Origin: Polypterus senegalus
Taxonomy: Eukaryota
Assembly (NCBI RefSeq): GCF_016835505.1
Contig: NC_053155.1
Location: 74,596,088 to 74,660,087, forward strand
DNA length: 64,000 bases
Direction: 5' to 3'
Shown here: positions 13,589-25,869 of the stretch, piece after piece
How positions within the stretch are numbered: the stretch's first letter is position 1
Layout of the letters: each line of letters starts with the position of its first letter
The notes under the pieces: model-generated
The model's database searches: none
What the model saw: only the letters and a program-made list of their open reading frames with translations
Told to the model about the DNA's origin: nothing
Translations under genes and position numbers: made by a program

Positions 13589-14039
13589 CTTCTCCAGTTC
13601 TTGAATAAAGGAGGAAGAACACTGTCCATTTGCCTCTGCAGCATCTTTAACAGGGCAGTCTGCCACATCTTGATTGAAGACATCAGCATCATCCCACAGG
13701 GAGAGAGGATTACCATCAAGTGAAGGTAATTTAAGTGCATCAAGGGCATTATGAAAACCAGTGCCAGAGAGTTCCGCCTCACCACATGCAGAAGAAATAT
13801 TTTTATCCATGAATGAATCCACACTAATACAGCTGCTGTTGCTGGATACAGGTAGAGGGGAAAACTGAGTAATAAAAGAGTCATTTTGGCCCTCAGGCAG
13901 CCATCCTGTTTGGTATGCATTTGTATTTAGTGGGTCAAATGGTGGGTTTAGAATTACACCAGCCCGGGAAGTGCTTGGCATCCAGCGAGCCAAAAAGTTC
14001 ATTTGAGTTTGTAGCTCCGCTGTCACCGACATTTTAATT
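13589..14039 (-). CDS. CENPJ: CENPJ/CPAP first coding exon (ATG at 14030-14032; MSVTAELQTQMNFLARWMPSTSRAGVILNPPFDPL... 148 aa)
   Basis: The ORF starts at an ATG placed 9 nt after an acceptor (tgactgcacag|). It ends at a donor GAGAAG|gtaac with 148 codons, phase 0. The N-terminal motif NFLxxWMxxxSRAGVILN matches the human CENPJ N-terminus (NFLTQWMTNPSRAGVILN). Confidence 0.7.
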
Positions 14040-15722
14040 CTGTGCAGTCAAAAAACGTGTTTTGAAGACATACTGTTAAATCAGAGGTCTTGGTTCAGAA
14101 ACTGAAAGAAATAAAATAAATTTAATATGATATAAAACATCTGTGGGGAAAAGAAATATACAGTGTATGAATCCTTTCAAAAAGCTCTAACACACAAGTC
14201 CCATAAAATTCTTTACCAGTTGTTTAAGAATACTGAACAGTATAAGCATAATATTTTTAATTTTATTTGCCTAATTTCATATGAGGATTATTTACTATAG
14301 TCTTACTTTAGCAGTTTCAGATGCTGGTATAAAGAACCTTAGCACCAACTAAACAGAAGCTGTAATTAGGTGAAAACTGATACAATATGCTCTTGAGATT
14401 ATACAACTGATGTAGATCAAACTGCCAGATGGCTTAAGAATACATCAGGTTTGTTTTTTTCTCAAATGCAAAGCATTTTGCATGTTGCAGCGTGATAATC
14501 AGTTGCTAGATATAGCAACTCATAAAATCGGTTGGAAACACTTGGTGATTATTTAATGTAAAATTAATATAAATTAACATAATACCAAAGTAAAGACTAC
14601 AAAACTTCAAACTACCAAATTCTTTGTGACTAGCCATATGGAAAAAGGAAACTTTAACAAATGTATTTCCTAATTTAGATTAAATTAAAATATACAATAC
14701 ATATATCATTTTGTCCTACAATATATGAAACACAAAGTAAGCGGTTTTAGGCTGCTTTAACCCTTACTTGGATAAAACACATTATTGTACTCCGATATTC
14801 TCCTATAAAAAATGTTTTGAAAGGCAGTACAGCCTATTGTGCTAAACTGTAAACTGCAGGGATGCCAGTTTAGTACATTCCCACCACTGACTCACAAAGG
14901 AATTCCGGGAAATTTACTTAACCTGCTAGTATTCCGATTAATAATAAATGTAAATAAGTAAACTCTGTTATTTGTCCATTGTTACTATAAAAAATAAACT
15001 CACAAAGCCTTTCCACTTTAGTCTTAACAAACATATTCAATTACGTGGCAACAGTACAAAATGAAGATTGACCTCCGCTTCTTTATGCATTCCTCTAACA
15101 TGCATCTGCTGTGAAATGCATGCAATGAATTCTTTCATCTTTAATGTAATAACCAAGATTAACAATATAAATAGCATTTCAACACAGCAAACTATACACA
15201 GACTGTTGTAATGTGCTTTTGTATATTTTTAAATTTCAGAAATGTTAAAAATAAATTACCTAGTAATTGCAACAATGTGGCAAGACAAAAAACATCTAGC
15301 GGACGAACTACTTAGGTGTCTTTGCTAATGAAAAAATTGTTTATGTACCGTAATCATATAATTACATATATATTTATCTGCATACATTTTTTCCTCAGAT
15401 ATTTTCAGTTTCTCAGCATTATTTAAACTAAATTACTCTCGATAAGAATTCATGACATCGTGAAGCATTTTTCCAGGGTTTTTAACGCTTAAATAAAGTA
15501 TTTTAGCAATTCTCCACCATAATTAAGATACCTTTACATTTTTATTTCACAGTGATCAGAACTGCTGTCTCTCTAATTTGAAAGACTTGTCATTTTTTGT
15601 TTTCTACCTTTGGGGCTTGCTTTCATATTTCCCTTTACTTGTATTTTCTTTTTGACTCAAAGTTTAGATTATTATTAATAGATTTTTACTTGCTGATACA
15701 GGATATTTTCATTAGACAACAG

Positions 15723-15726
15723 TGTA

Positions 15727-15795
<69 letters not shown>

Positions 15796-15797
15796 AA
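15723..15797. repeat. Compound microsatellite (TA)n(GT)n
   Basis: The run tatatatattatatatatatat...atgtgtgtgtgtgtgtgtgtg is visible directly. Confidence 0.95.
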
Positions 15798-16551
15798 TTT
15801 TGACCAAAGTCAGATCTAACTAGCCTTAACATACATATTTTTGTTTTTTTAGTTTCTCTAACTAAATGTGGCAGACAACTAACCATTTTATTTCTATACA
15901 CACTTACATCCCATAATACAGAATATATAACACAGTATGCCTGCACATACACACGGTCACACAAATCCACTTGTTCTTCAGTTATGTACTGTACCCAGTT
16001 TTCCATGACTGGAAGATCAGTGTTCCAAAGCAAAACTGAAATTAATTAATGGGTGTCCTTTTCCAATTTTCAGACAAAAATGTTAATATTAGGTTACTAA
16101 AACCATATTATTTACTAAGTGATCTGAAACGTATTACTGTCCTGTTTGAACTAGCCAAATCATTTTAAAAACAAGCCAACTAACACTCTTTTAAAAAGAA
16201 ACGCAGCTAATGCAGAATAGAACCACCTATTTAAAAAATTCTGTATTGTTCGTACTCGTACAACAGCATGTGTAAAAATAGTATTGATCAACAAAAAATA
16301 CTTACCTGTACAAAAAAAACAGACAAAGCTTTTTTTACATTAGAATAATCCAAACCATAAATTTTGCACATCAGCAACTTACATTTTTTATTTCCAGATA
16401 ATTTTATTTAACCGTTTGAGACTAGCGGGTTACCTAGAAACGTGTTAATTATGCCCGCAATGTGTACAGTATAGTGTAATATTCAATTCATATCATCCTG
16501 TAAAATATAAAAACAATGTTACCCTAAAAAAAACAATATTAAACATACCTC

Positions 16552-16900
16552 GTAAGTAAAACCTACTTATTAAATGCTCCTTCAGTGGTACGGAACACAA
16601 TGTCAGTCTTCTGCAACTTCAGAAAACTATTTCGAAACAGGAAAAACATGTTAAAATCCAAACATACCGCCATGAAAACACAATACCCGCGAGACGATAA
16701 CGCCCAAGATGGAAAGATAAGCAGAGATTGTGGACTTTGTAGTATTAATGCGGGTATAGATTCGGCTTACAAAAGTAAACTGCATGCCTGTTTTACTACA
16801 TTACCCATGATGCATTGCAAAACACAGAACGTTAAAGGCCTGCGTGGATGACGCATCGTGTACTTGGCTTCTGTTTACATAAAAGTAAGGCGGGAAGAGG
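16552..16900 (-). promoter_or_regulatory. CENPJ: Candidate CENPJ promoter and non-coding first exon region
   Basis: This is the only CpG-containing block upstream of the ATG exon, for example cgcgagacgataacgcc, ggcgggaag and ATGGCGG (YY1-like) on the minus strand. Minus-strand splice donors occur at 16551 (GAG|gtatgt) and 16307 (CAG|gtaagta). The ATG exon begins at an acceptor, so an upstream 5'UTR exon is required. Confidence 0.35.
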
Positions 16901-17989
16901 GCGCTAAAATCATAGTGCTTTAAGTAAGGTTGTAGAGTTTCGTTAACTATTTACTTTTATTGTTTTTATTATATAGGTGGACGTAAAACATACTTGGGAA
17001 ACGAATCAGGACATTTTAACATCGCATTCCTTTTTTAACCACTTGCTGTTTTTTGTAGTATTTATATAGCTGATGCTATTATCCAAACCGTGACTGCCTA
17101 GCTGAATTTGTTTCTCTTTTATGCAATCGTAGCATTTAAACGCGACGTGTTCAGAGGTTCAGTAGAGGTTATTTAAATTACAATATTTTTATTTAAGTGC
17201 TGTTTAATGTTTATCGCAGTGGTTCTACATCATGTTCCTAATGAACCTTATTGTGACTTAAGGTCAAATAACATCCAACTCCAGAACTGAAAAGGGAGTG
17301 GCTGGAATTTCCAATCACAAATGTTTAATCCAAAATCGTCCTTCAGGCTTTCTTCATTTTTTATCTTATTTTATCAAATGTGTTTATATTTTATACACAA
17401 AAATGAGTTTGTTTTCCTTTATCTGGTTTGTTACATTTTTGCTGGTGTTTATTTTGAAGTGGTTGACTTGTTAATTTATTCCGAGGCATGTCAGTAAAAG
17501 GTTTGGGCCTCCTTAGAATTAATTGTCATTTGCACTCAGGGCTGCCCCATTCCTTTTGATTTATTACAATTATCCATATTGGAAAGTACAGAATTAAAGC
17601 TAACTATAACAAAATTACTTTTTTTTTTAATGTAATATTCAAATTTCTGAGTTATTTTGTTAGCATTGCGTGTTCTTCCTGTGTGTATGTCAATTATCAC
17701 AGGGCCCTTTCTTTTCCTCTCACATTCCATAAATGTGCAAGTGATCTGATTTAGTGACATTGGCGAACTGTATATGGTAAATATAAGTATACGAGTGAAT
17801 GTGCCCTTTGATGAATTTGTGCTCTGCTCAGGTTTGCTTTTTACTTTGGACTACTGGCAAAATAAGAAGGTTCAGTAAATTAGTACAAATCACACTAGGA
17901 TAGATTTACCCGATTTACAAAAAATAATATCTCAAGTAAAACCCTCCACCTGTGCCCTTGATCCAATACCAACAAATTATTTCAAAGAA

Positions 17990-20222
17990 GTATCGGGCGT
18001 GCTAATTGATAATGTTCTGGACATAGTAAATTCGTCATTACATACGGGGGTCTTCCCAGACTGTCTTAAGACTGCTGTAGTTAAACCCCTTCTTAAGAAA
18101 CATAATCTCGACCCCTCGGCTCTTGAAAATTTTAGACCCATCTCTAACTCGCCTTTCTTAAGTAAAGTTCTAGAGAAGGCAGTCATCACGCAGTTAAATG
18201 ACCATCTCAATAAACATGCTATTCTTGATAAATTTCATTTTGGTTTCGGAACAAATCACAGCACAGAAACGGCACTCATTAAAGTAGTAAATGATTTGCG
18301 AGTGAATGCAGACAGAGGCCATTTATCTGTTCTCATCCTCTTAGATCTGAGTGCTGCATTTGACACCATTGATCATAATATTCTTAGAAATCGCCTTAGT
18401 CAATGGGTGGGCCTCTCTGGCAGTGTCTTAAATTGGTTTGAATCCTATCTGGCAGGAAGAAAATTCTTTGTTAGTTGTGGTAATCACATCTCAAAGACAC
18501 ATGATATTCTATATGGTGTTCCACAAGGCTCTATCCTGGGTCCGCTGCTCTTCTCAATCTATATGCTTCCGTTAGGTCAGATTATCTCAGGGCACAATGT
18601 GAGTTACCACAGCTATGCTGATGACACACAGCTGTACTTATCAATAGCACCTGATGACCCCGATTCTCTTGATTCACTAACAGAATGTCTGACTAGTATC
18701 TCAGAATGGATGAATAGTAACTTTCTCAAGTTAAATAAAGAGAAAACTGAAATCTTAGTGATACAACAACAACATTTATTTATATAGCACATTTTCATAC
18801 AAAAAAAATGTAGCTCAAAGTGCTTTACAAAATGAAGAATAGAAAAATAGAAGACACAATAAAAAATAAAAATAAGTCAACATTAATTAACATAGAATAA
18901 GTAAGGTCCGATGGCCAGGGTGGACAGAAAAACAAAAAAAAACTCCAGAGGCTGGAGAAAAAAAATAAAATCTGCAGGGATTCCAGACCAAGAGACCGCC
19001 CAGTCCCCTCTGGGCATTGGCAATAATGGATACAATCAGGCTATTAGAAATAAACTGGATACATTAGGATTAAAAGTCAAGACGGAGGTAAAAAGCTTAG
19101 GGGTAATTGTTGACTGTAATCTGAATTTTAAATCGCATATTAATCAGATCACTAGGACAGCATTTTTTCACCTAAGAAACATAGCAAAAGTTAGACCTCT
19201 TATATCACTGAAAGATGCAGAGAAATTAATTCACGCGTTTATTTTCAATCGACTAGATTACTGTAATGCACTCCTCTCTGGACTACCCAAAAAAGACATA
19301 AATCATTTGCAACGAGTGCAGAATGCAGCTGCTAGAATCCTAACTAGGAAAAGAAAATCCGAACACATTTCTCCAGTTTTGATGTCACTACACTGGTTAC
19401 CTGTGTCATTCAGGATTGACTTTAAAATTTTGCTTATGGTTTATAAAGCCTTAAATAATCTTGCTCCATTTTATATATCGGAATGTCTGACACCCTGTAT
19501 TCCAAATCGTTACCTTAGATCTTCAAATGAGTGTCTCCTTACAATTCCAAAAGCTAAACTTAAAAGAAGTGGTGAGGCGGCCTTCTGCTGTTATGCACCT
19601 AAAATCTGGAATAGCCTGCCAATAGGAATTCGCCAGACTAATACAGTAGAGCACTTTAAAACACTGCTGAAAACACATTTCTTTAACATGGCCTTTTTAT
19701 AACTTCAGTTTGACTTAATCCTGATACTCTGTATGTTCAATTCATAATAACTATTCATGGTGGCTCTAAAATCCGTACTGACCCCTACTCTCTCTTCTGT
19801 TTCTTTTTCCATTTTTTTTCCTGCGCCACCACCACCTACTCAAAGCATCATGATGCTCCAACAATGATGGATGGATTAAAAGTTAGAAGTCTACGTGACC
19901 ATCATCATCAAGTCCTTCCGTGAGAACCCTAAATCCAAAGAGGACTGTTTCATTTATGTTAGGTAGAATGCCCAGAGGGGACTGGGTGGTCTCTTGGTCT
20001 GGAACCCCTACAGATTTTATTTTTTTCTCCAGCTGTCTGGAGTTTTTTTTTGTTTTTTCTGCCCACCCTGGCCATTGAACCTTACTCTAATTCTATGTTA
20101 ATTAATGTTGACTTATTTTATTTTCTTATTGTGTCTTTTATTTTTCTATTCTTTATGTAAAGCACTTTGAGCTACTGTTTGTATAAAAATGTGCTATATA
20201 AATAATTGTTGTTGTTGCATGG
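17990..20222 (+). mobile_element. L2-type LINE copy with RT domain, ORF2 C-terminus and complete 3'UTR, 5'-truncated
   Basis: The RT ORF at 17999-18787 reads FRPISNSPFLSKVLEKAV...LDLSAAFDTIDHNIL...GVPQGSILGPLLFSIYMLPLG...YADDTQLYL. The ORF at 19023-19702 reads HLRNIAKVRPLISLKDAEKLIHAFIFNRLDYCNALLSGLP...LHWLPVSFRIDFKIL...AFCCYAPKIWNSLP. The 3'UTR ends in (TTG)n at 20222. Confidence 0.85.
18771..19022 (-). mobile_element. Antisense L2 3'UTR fragment nested inside the ORF2 of the L2 at 17990-20222
   Basis: It interrupts the ORF between ...TEILVI and ...GNNGYNQAIRN. It is the reverse complement of 19960-20222, so the two form a 250-bp inverted repeat within one LINE copy. Confidence 0.6.
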
Positions 20223-21369
20223 TGGTCGAATGAAAGAGTAAAGTGTATATTGTTGAGATTTCATTGGACTTGAATTTTAAATTAAATATAAAATGTATTC
20301 ATAGGTGTGAAATGAATTTGCCAAAATGTTCAAACATCCAGTGTGACTAGGTCAATGGCTGTGTGTGTTGTGTAGCCAACTCCCACATTCAAAAGGGGAA
20401 TCATTAACTGCACATCACATGGTTTTGCATGACTCAAACACATGTCTAGTGATTTTTTTCCTTTCATTTCCCTGACATTTCATAAACACCAGTGCCAGAT
20501 ATGCCATTTAGGCAAACTAAGCCTAAAAAGGGACAGCATTTTTTTTAAATAATACAGCACATTACCTACAAAAACTCTGTCTCAATACAACTGTATGACT
20601 CCCATTAATTCTATCATATTCTTTTACATTATCGCCTCATAGTGGAGGTGTTTGGTCTTAACATATGCCTACACAAACTCTTTACAGGTGGTCTTTCATA
20701 TCCCAGAATACACTGCACTCAGTTTCACAGACATTTTCTTCAGAAGCAATTCATAATTTTACTTTAGCTTTAATAAAGTTTCAACAAGTTTGTTCTTTAT
20801 TTTATTTTCAGTTCATTTCATTTACTTCTGCTGAAGAGCTTGGGCAGCACATCTGCCATGAAATTTCTGCTTGAGAGTGACCTTGGATGATGCAAGATGA
20901 CCACATTTTGTACTGTAGCTATTCTCAATCTTGCAATGGTCCAAGGATTGCAGATTAAACTGCCACATCTGTGGCAACCTAACATTTTTAGTGTGGTTGT
21001 CCCTTGCCCAGTTTTATTCTCTCTACGTGTTTTTTATTTCTGTTTCAGCTGATGACTTTGGGTTAACCTACATATCATATATTCATTGATCATGAGCACT
21101 TGTTGATTGTATTTGCTTCATGAAGTACTGGGCTATATGCCTACAAAGATCTCACATTTTTTATTGTAAAGTGGTCTATGGTAGTTTCTTTCTTTAAAAA
21201 CATTCAAATATCATATGGTATTGCTTCACTTTTTTAAAAGTTTTAAAACTGTAAAATATGCCATTTTCTATTGTTACACTATTCCAAAGGACATAAAATA
21301 ACCGTCTAAGACAAATATTTTTTTTTGATCTGTCTAAAGTACCGAGAAGCATCCACTTGCAGAGCCACA

Positions 21370-22645
21370 GCACCATACGTCACTGCAGTTGTAGACCCGC
21401 AGTTACAGACCCGGAAGTGGCGTCACCTTCGTTTCAGGACTGACTTCATAAAATTACTTTTGGAAGGTTTCGGCCGGTCTCGGCAAAACCCGGAAAGTAA
21501 CGTCGGGTCAAGGAGCCGTTCAGAAATTAAGCGATAAAAATGAGAAGGGAAAAACAGTACACGAAAAACCAAATAATACGCATCATTGTGAAGTTCAGAG
21601 GGTTTCTGCCGTCACATCGTGCCATACTTCAAACTAAACAATACGGATCGTTTCTGTGAAATACACCATTAACATTTACATTGTGTTCGGGTCTGTGAGA
21701 ACCGTTTAACATGTCGACAAAATTAAAATCATCAAGATCTGTGTCAATTGAAAAGTTTTTCGTTTACATTCATGAAGCGAAATATACAATATAATTACAA
21801 TATTTACACCACGTTAAAGTTTAGTAAAACGTTAATAATAAAAGTTATTACGTTTTTTTAAATGTACAGTGCAATATTGTTCTAAACCAATATAGAATAA
21901 ACATTTATGCCAATCTGATATTTTTAAACATGCATGTGAAGAAAACGGCAATACACATTCTACACTGAATTATGCTATATATTAATTCAGTATAGAACTA
22001 CTCTAGTTTTTGTCACATATTACTATAAACGATGCACCATCAAAAGAAAAAAAAAGAAAAATACTAATAAGAACACAATTTATTTATATAGCACCCTTCC
22101 TATGCCCAAAACTCAGAAAGAACAACAGGACCGTTACAACATTGGCTACAAATAATATCTCACTAAATAAAGATAAATACAGGATATACAAAACATTCAA
22201 ATAGAATAAAAGACAATAATCCAGGCTAAAATACAACATATAATGCTACAAAAAAAGCTTGAACAAATAGCATAAATTGTGATAAAAATGCAAACCCTGA
22301 GTACCTGGACAGATAGAGGGGGTAAACTGAAAGAAGGGGCAGAATGTCAGGTCTGTTTAATGTCTTCCTAAACAAATTAATGGAGTCAGCTGATCTCATT
22401 CATTTTGGGAGGTCATTCCACAGTCTGGGCGCTATACAGTTGAAGGCCCTGCTGTCACCCACAGAGTACAGTTAGTGAGGGGCACAGACTGAGAGGACCT
22501 TAGTGGGAAGGTTAATAACAGAATTTGATCTTCAATCCTGTAAGACACAGAGAGCCGTGAAGGTGCAGCAGGATGGCTGTGATGTGCTCGCTGTTGTTGG
22601 TTCATGTCAGGACTCTTGCAGTTGAGTTTTTGAATCAGCTGGAGC
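21370..22645. repeat. Inverted duplication, arm A (reverse complement of 26222-27400)
   Basis: Blocks that I aligned by hand are about 92% identical. One example is gacccggaagtggcgtcaccttcgtttcaggactgacttc (21400) against rc(27340-27395). Another is the L2-tail block gaatttgatcttcaatcctgtaagacacag... (22590) against rc(26222-26340). Confidence 0.8.
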
Positions 22646-22689
22646 TGTGATATGATTATACTGTATTATTATAAAATTAAGATACTGTA

Positions 22690-23600
22690 ATTATTATATT
22701 AAAAATTAAGGCATTAAAGGTTTGCCCTAGACATGACATAAGATACATAGGGTCTTACAATGGGTCCAAGGATTTCATCCCAATACCTAATGGCAGTCAA
22801 AGTGTTGTTGTCTAGCCTGTAAAGGTCTATATGTTCCTCCATGCATATGCTTCCCCTGACCATCACTGACCCACCACCAAAAGCGGTCATGCTGAACGAT
22901 TTTACAGGCAGTATAACGTTCTCCATGGCTTCTCCAGACCCTTTCACGTCTGTCACATGTGCTCAGGGTGAACCTGCTCTCATTTGTGAAAAGCACAGGG
23001 CCCTCGCCAGTGGTGGACCTGCCAATTCTGGTATTCTTTGGCAAATGCCAATCAAGCTCCACGAGGCCCACTAGAGAATGTTGGGCCCTCAAGCCACCCT
23101 CATGAAGTCTGTTTCCTTTTGTCCAAGGTCAGAGACATTCATACCAGTGGCCTGTCTGCTGGACGTAATTTTGTAGGCTCTGGCAGTGCTCATCCTGTTC
23201 CTCCTGTACTGCTGATGGGATAAGGACCTTCTATGAGGGGCCCTGTCCAGCTCTCCTAGAGTAACTGCCTGCCTATCTCCTGGAATCTCCTCCATGCCCT
23301 TGAGACTGTGCTGGGAGACACAGCAAACCTTCTGGCAATGGCACATATTGATGTGCCATCCTGGAGAAGTTGTACTACCTGTGCCACCTCTGTAGGGTCC
23401 AGGTATCACTTCATGCTACCAGTAGTGACACTGACTGTAGCCAAATGTAAAACTAGTGAAAAAACAGATAAGGAGGGAAAAATGTCAGTGGCCTCCCTCC
23501 ACCTGTTAAACCATTCATTCCTGTTTTGGGGGTCGTCTCATTGTTACTCCTGTAGTGCACCAAAGCAGCTGAAACTGATTAACAAGCCCTTCTGCTAATT
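22690..23600 (-). mobile_element. Tc1-like transposon fragment (degenerate transposase)
   Basis: Minus-strand translations give ...GGGSVMVRG..., LTAIRYWDEILGPIVRPY and ...WRSHGERYTACKIVQHDRF... These are DDE Tc1 motifs with frameshifts. Confidence 0.6.
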
Positions 23601-23699
23601 CACTGACCTGATCAATAGCTCATAAGTTTCATTGACTTGATGCTATACTCGGCTTAAAAAGTGTTCCTTTAATTTTTTGAGCAGTATATTTTAATGTAA

Positions 23700-24730
23700 T
23701 ATTGTGGTTTTAATCAATCTCGCCCCAAGAGCCAGTTTCTGTAGCCGAGGATCAGACCGCCAAGGTCCCTGCCTCCGGCCTCCACCCAACTCACACTGCA
23801 CCTGACCTCCTTGGCCCCTCCCATAGGTGGTGAGCCCATGGGAAGGAGGACCCACGTTACCTCTTCGGGCTGTGCCCGCCGAGCCATGGGTGCAGGCCCG
23901 GCCACCAGGCGCTCGCAATCGAGCGCCACCCCCAGGCCTGGCTCCAGAGGGGGGCCCCGGTGACCCGCGTCCGGGCAAGGGAAAACGTCGTCCACAGTTT
24001 TTATTCTTCATTGGAGGTTTGTCGAACCGTTCTTTGTCTCATCCCTTACCTAGGACCAGTTTGCCTTGGGTGGCCCTATCAGGGGCATAAAGCCCCGGAC
24101 AACAAAGCTCCTAGGATCATTGGGACACGCAAACCCCTCCACCACGATAAGGTGACGGTTCAAGGAGGGGATTGAGATCGTGAGATTGACAGGCGGATCG
24201 GTGCGGGCTCTGCATCGGTCTGTCGTGGTGAAAAAAGCTGAGCCGTAAGGCAAAGCTCTCAATTTACCAGTCGATCTATGTTCCTACCCTCACCTATGGT
24301 CATGAGCTATGGATAGTGACCGAAAGAACGAGATCGCGAATACAAGCGGCTGAAATGAGTTTCCTCCGCAGGGTGTCTGGGCTTTCCCTTAAAGACAGGA
24401 TGAGAAGCTCAGTCATCCGGGAGGGGCTCAGAGTAGAGCCGCTGCTCCTCCGCATCGAGAGGAGTCAGATGAGGTGGCTCGGGCATCTGATCAGGATGCC
24501 TCCTGGACGCCTCCCTGGTGAGGTGTTCCGGGCACGTCCAACCGGGAGGAGGCCCCGGGGAAGACCCAGGACACGCTGGAGGGACTATGTCTCCTGGCTG
24601 GCCTGGGAACGCCTTGGGATTCTCCCGGAAGAGCTGGAAGAAGTGGCCGGGGAGAGGGAAGTCTGGGCCTCTCTGCTTAAGCTGCTACCCCCGCAACTCG
24701 ACCTCGGATAAGCGGAAGAGGATGGATGGA
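23700..24730 (+). mobile_element. LINE family 'a' 3' portion with internal deletion, ending in a (GGAT)n tail
   Basis: The first 260 bp are collinear with 62200-62460. The ORF at 24316-24711 reads EMSFLRRVSGLSLKDRMRSSVIREGLRVEPLLLRIERSQMRWLGHLIRMPPGRLPGEVFRARPTGRRPRGRPRTRWRDYV... The tail is ggatggatggatgg. Confidence 0.8.
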
Positions 24731-25869
24731 TGGATGGATTGTGGTTTTATAAGTCACTACATAAATTACTGAAATACACTCAATGATAGTTTTGGATAGC
24801 CTCACACTTCAGTCTTTCACAAATGCAGTAGTTTACAAACATCGTATTTTAATTTCTCTTTGAGAAGCATGAAAAATAATTGTGTTGAATCTCAACTTAT
24901 GATTACATTTTTGCTACGTGTGTACTATTGAGGGACTTTTTTTTTTAAATCAGATGGTCACTTTATTTTAACAAGCAATGTAAATAACGTGTTTACTGTT
25001 TACCCTATTTTCATTTTCTACACAATACTATACAGCTGTACAGTTCAGCTGGTTAAAACAACACAGTAAAATACACAAACACACTCACTATGCATACATA
25101 CTACAGGTGCCGTCGTTGGTTCCCCTGTGGACTCGGCTGTACCTGCTGGGGTCTTTGGCACATGTTGTCCCAGTAGCATGTGAGGTGTCAACAATGGTTT
25201 ACCCTGCTCCTTAAGAAGGCCGTGTCTCCTTCTCCCTGTTCCAGTCTCAGTTCAAGGTTGTCCAGATGACAAAAGTATTTTTTTCTAAGATGTTCAATAT
25301 GTTGAAAAAATTACCTGCGGCCAGCATCCAGCATAATGTTTTATCTAAATTCTCCACTTCTCTTTTTGTAGCATTATAGTCCATTATCATTTCTGGCCAT
25401 GGAATCTCCTATCCCTGTGCAGGTCACATTGTGCACCAAGGATGTGTCATTTGTTTAGACAAACTAATGTTTTCACTGGCCTATTCTGTGTGGCCAGCAG
25501 TTGAGATGGGAGCTCTGGCTTATTTGTCCTTATTGTACTAAGCATTGTTACCTTCCTCTTGAGGAGCTACTGTCCCAGTTTGTGTAAAAGTAAAGCTTGT
25601 TGCATATGGTGTTGTGGCCATGTGGCTTTTGTCATGTCCAGGGTAACCCTAAAGCTTTAATTTCTCACAGGAGTTCTTCCATCTGACTTCCCTTTGTTAA
25701 TGAAATGTCATCCTCTGCTCTTCTGTATCTCTGTGCTTCCCCTTTAGCAAGTTATTCATAACTTTGGAATGGGTTATATGGTTATATGGGGTTTATGCAG
25801 ATGATGCTTAGATCTGTTTTAGTGTAAAAGTGGCACACAGCTTTCTCAGCTCACAACTTACCTCAGTGA

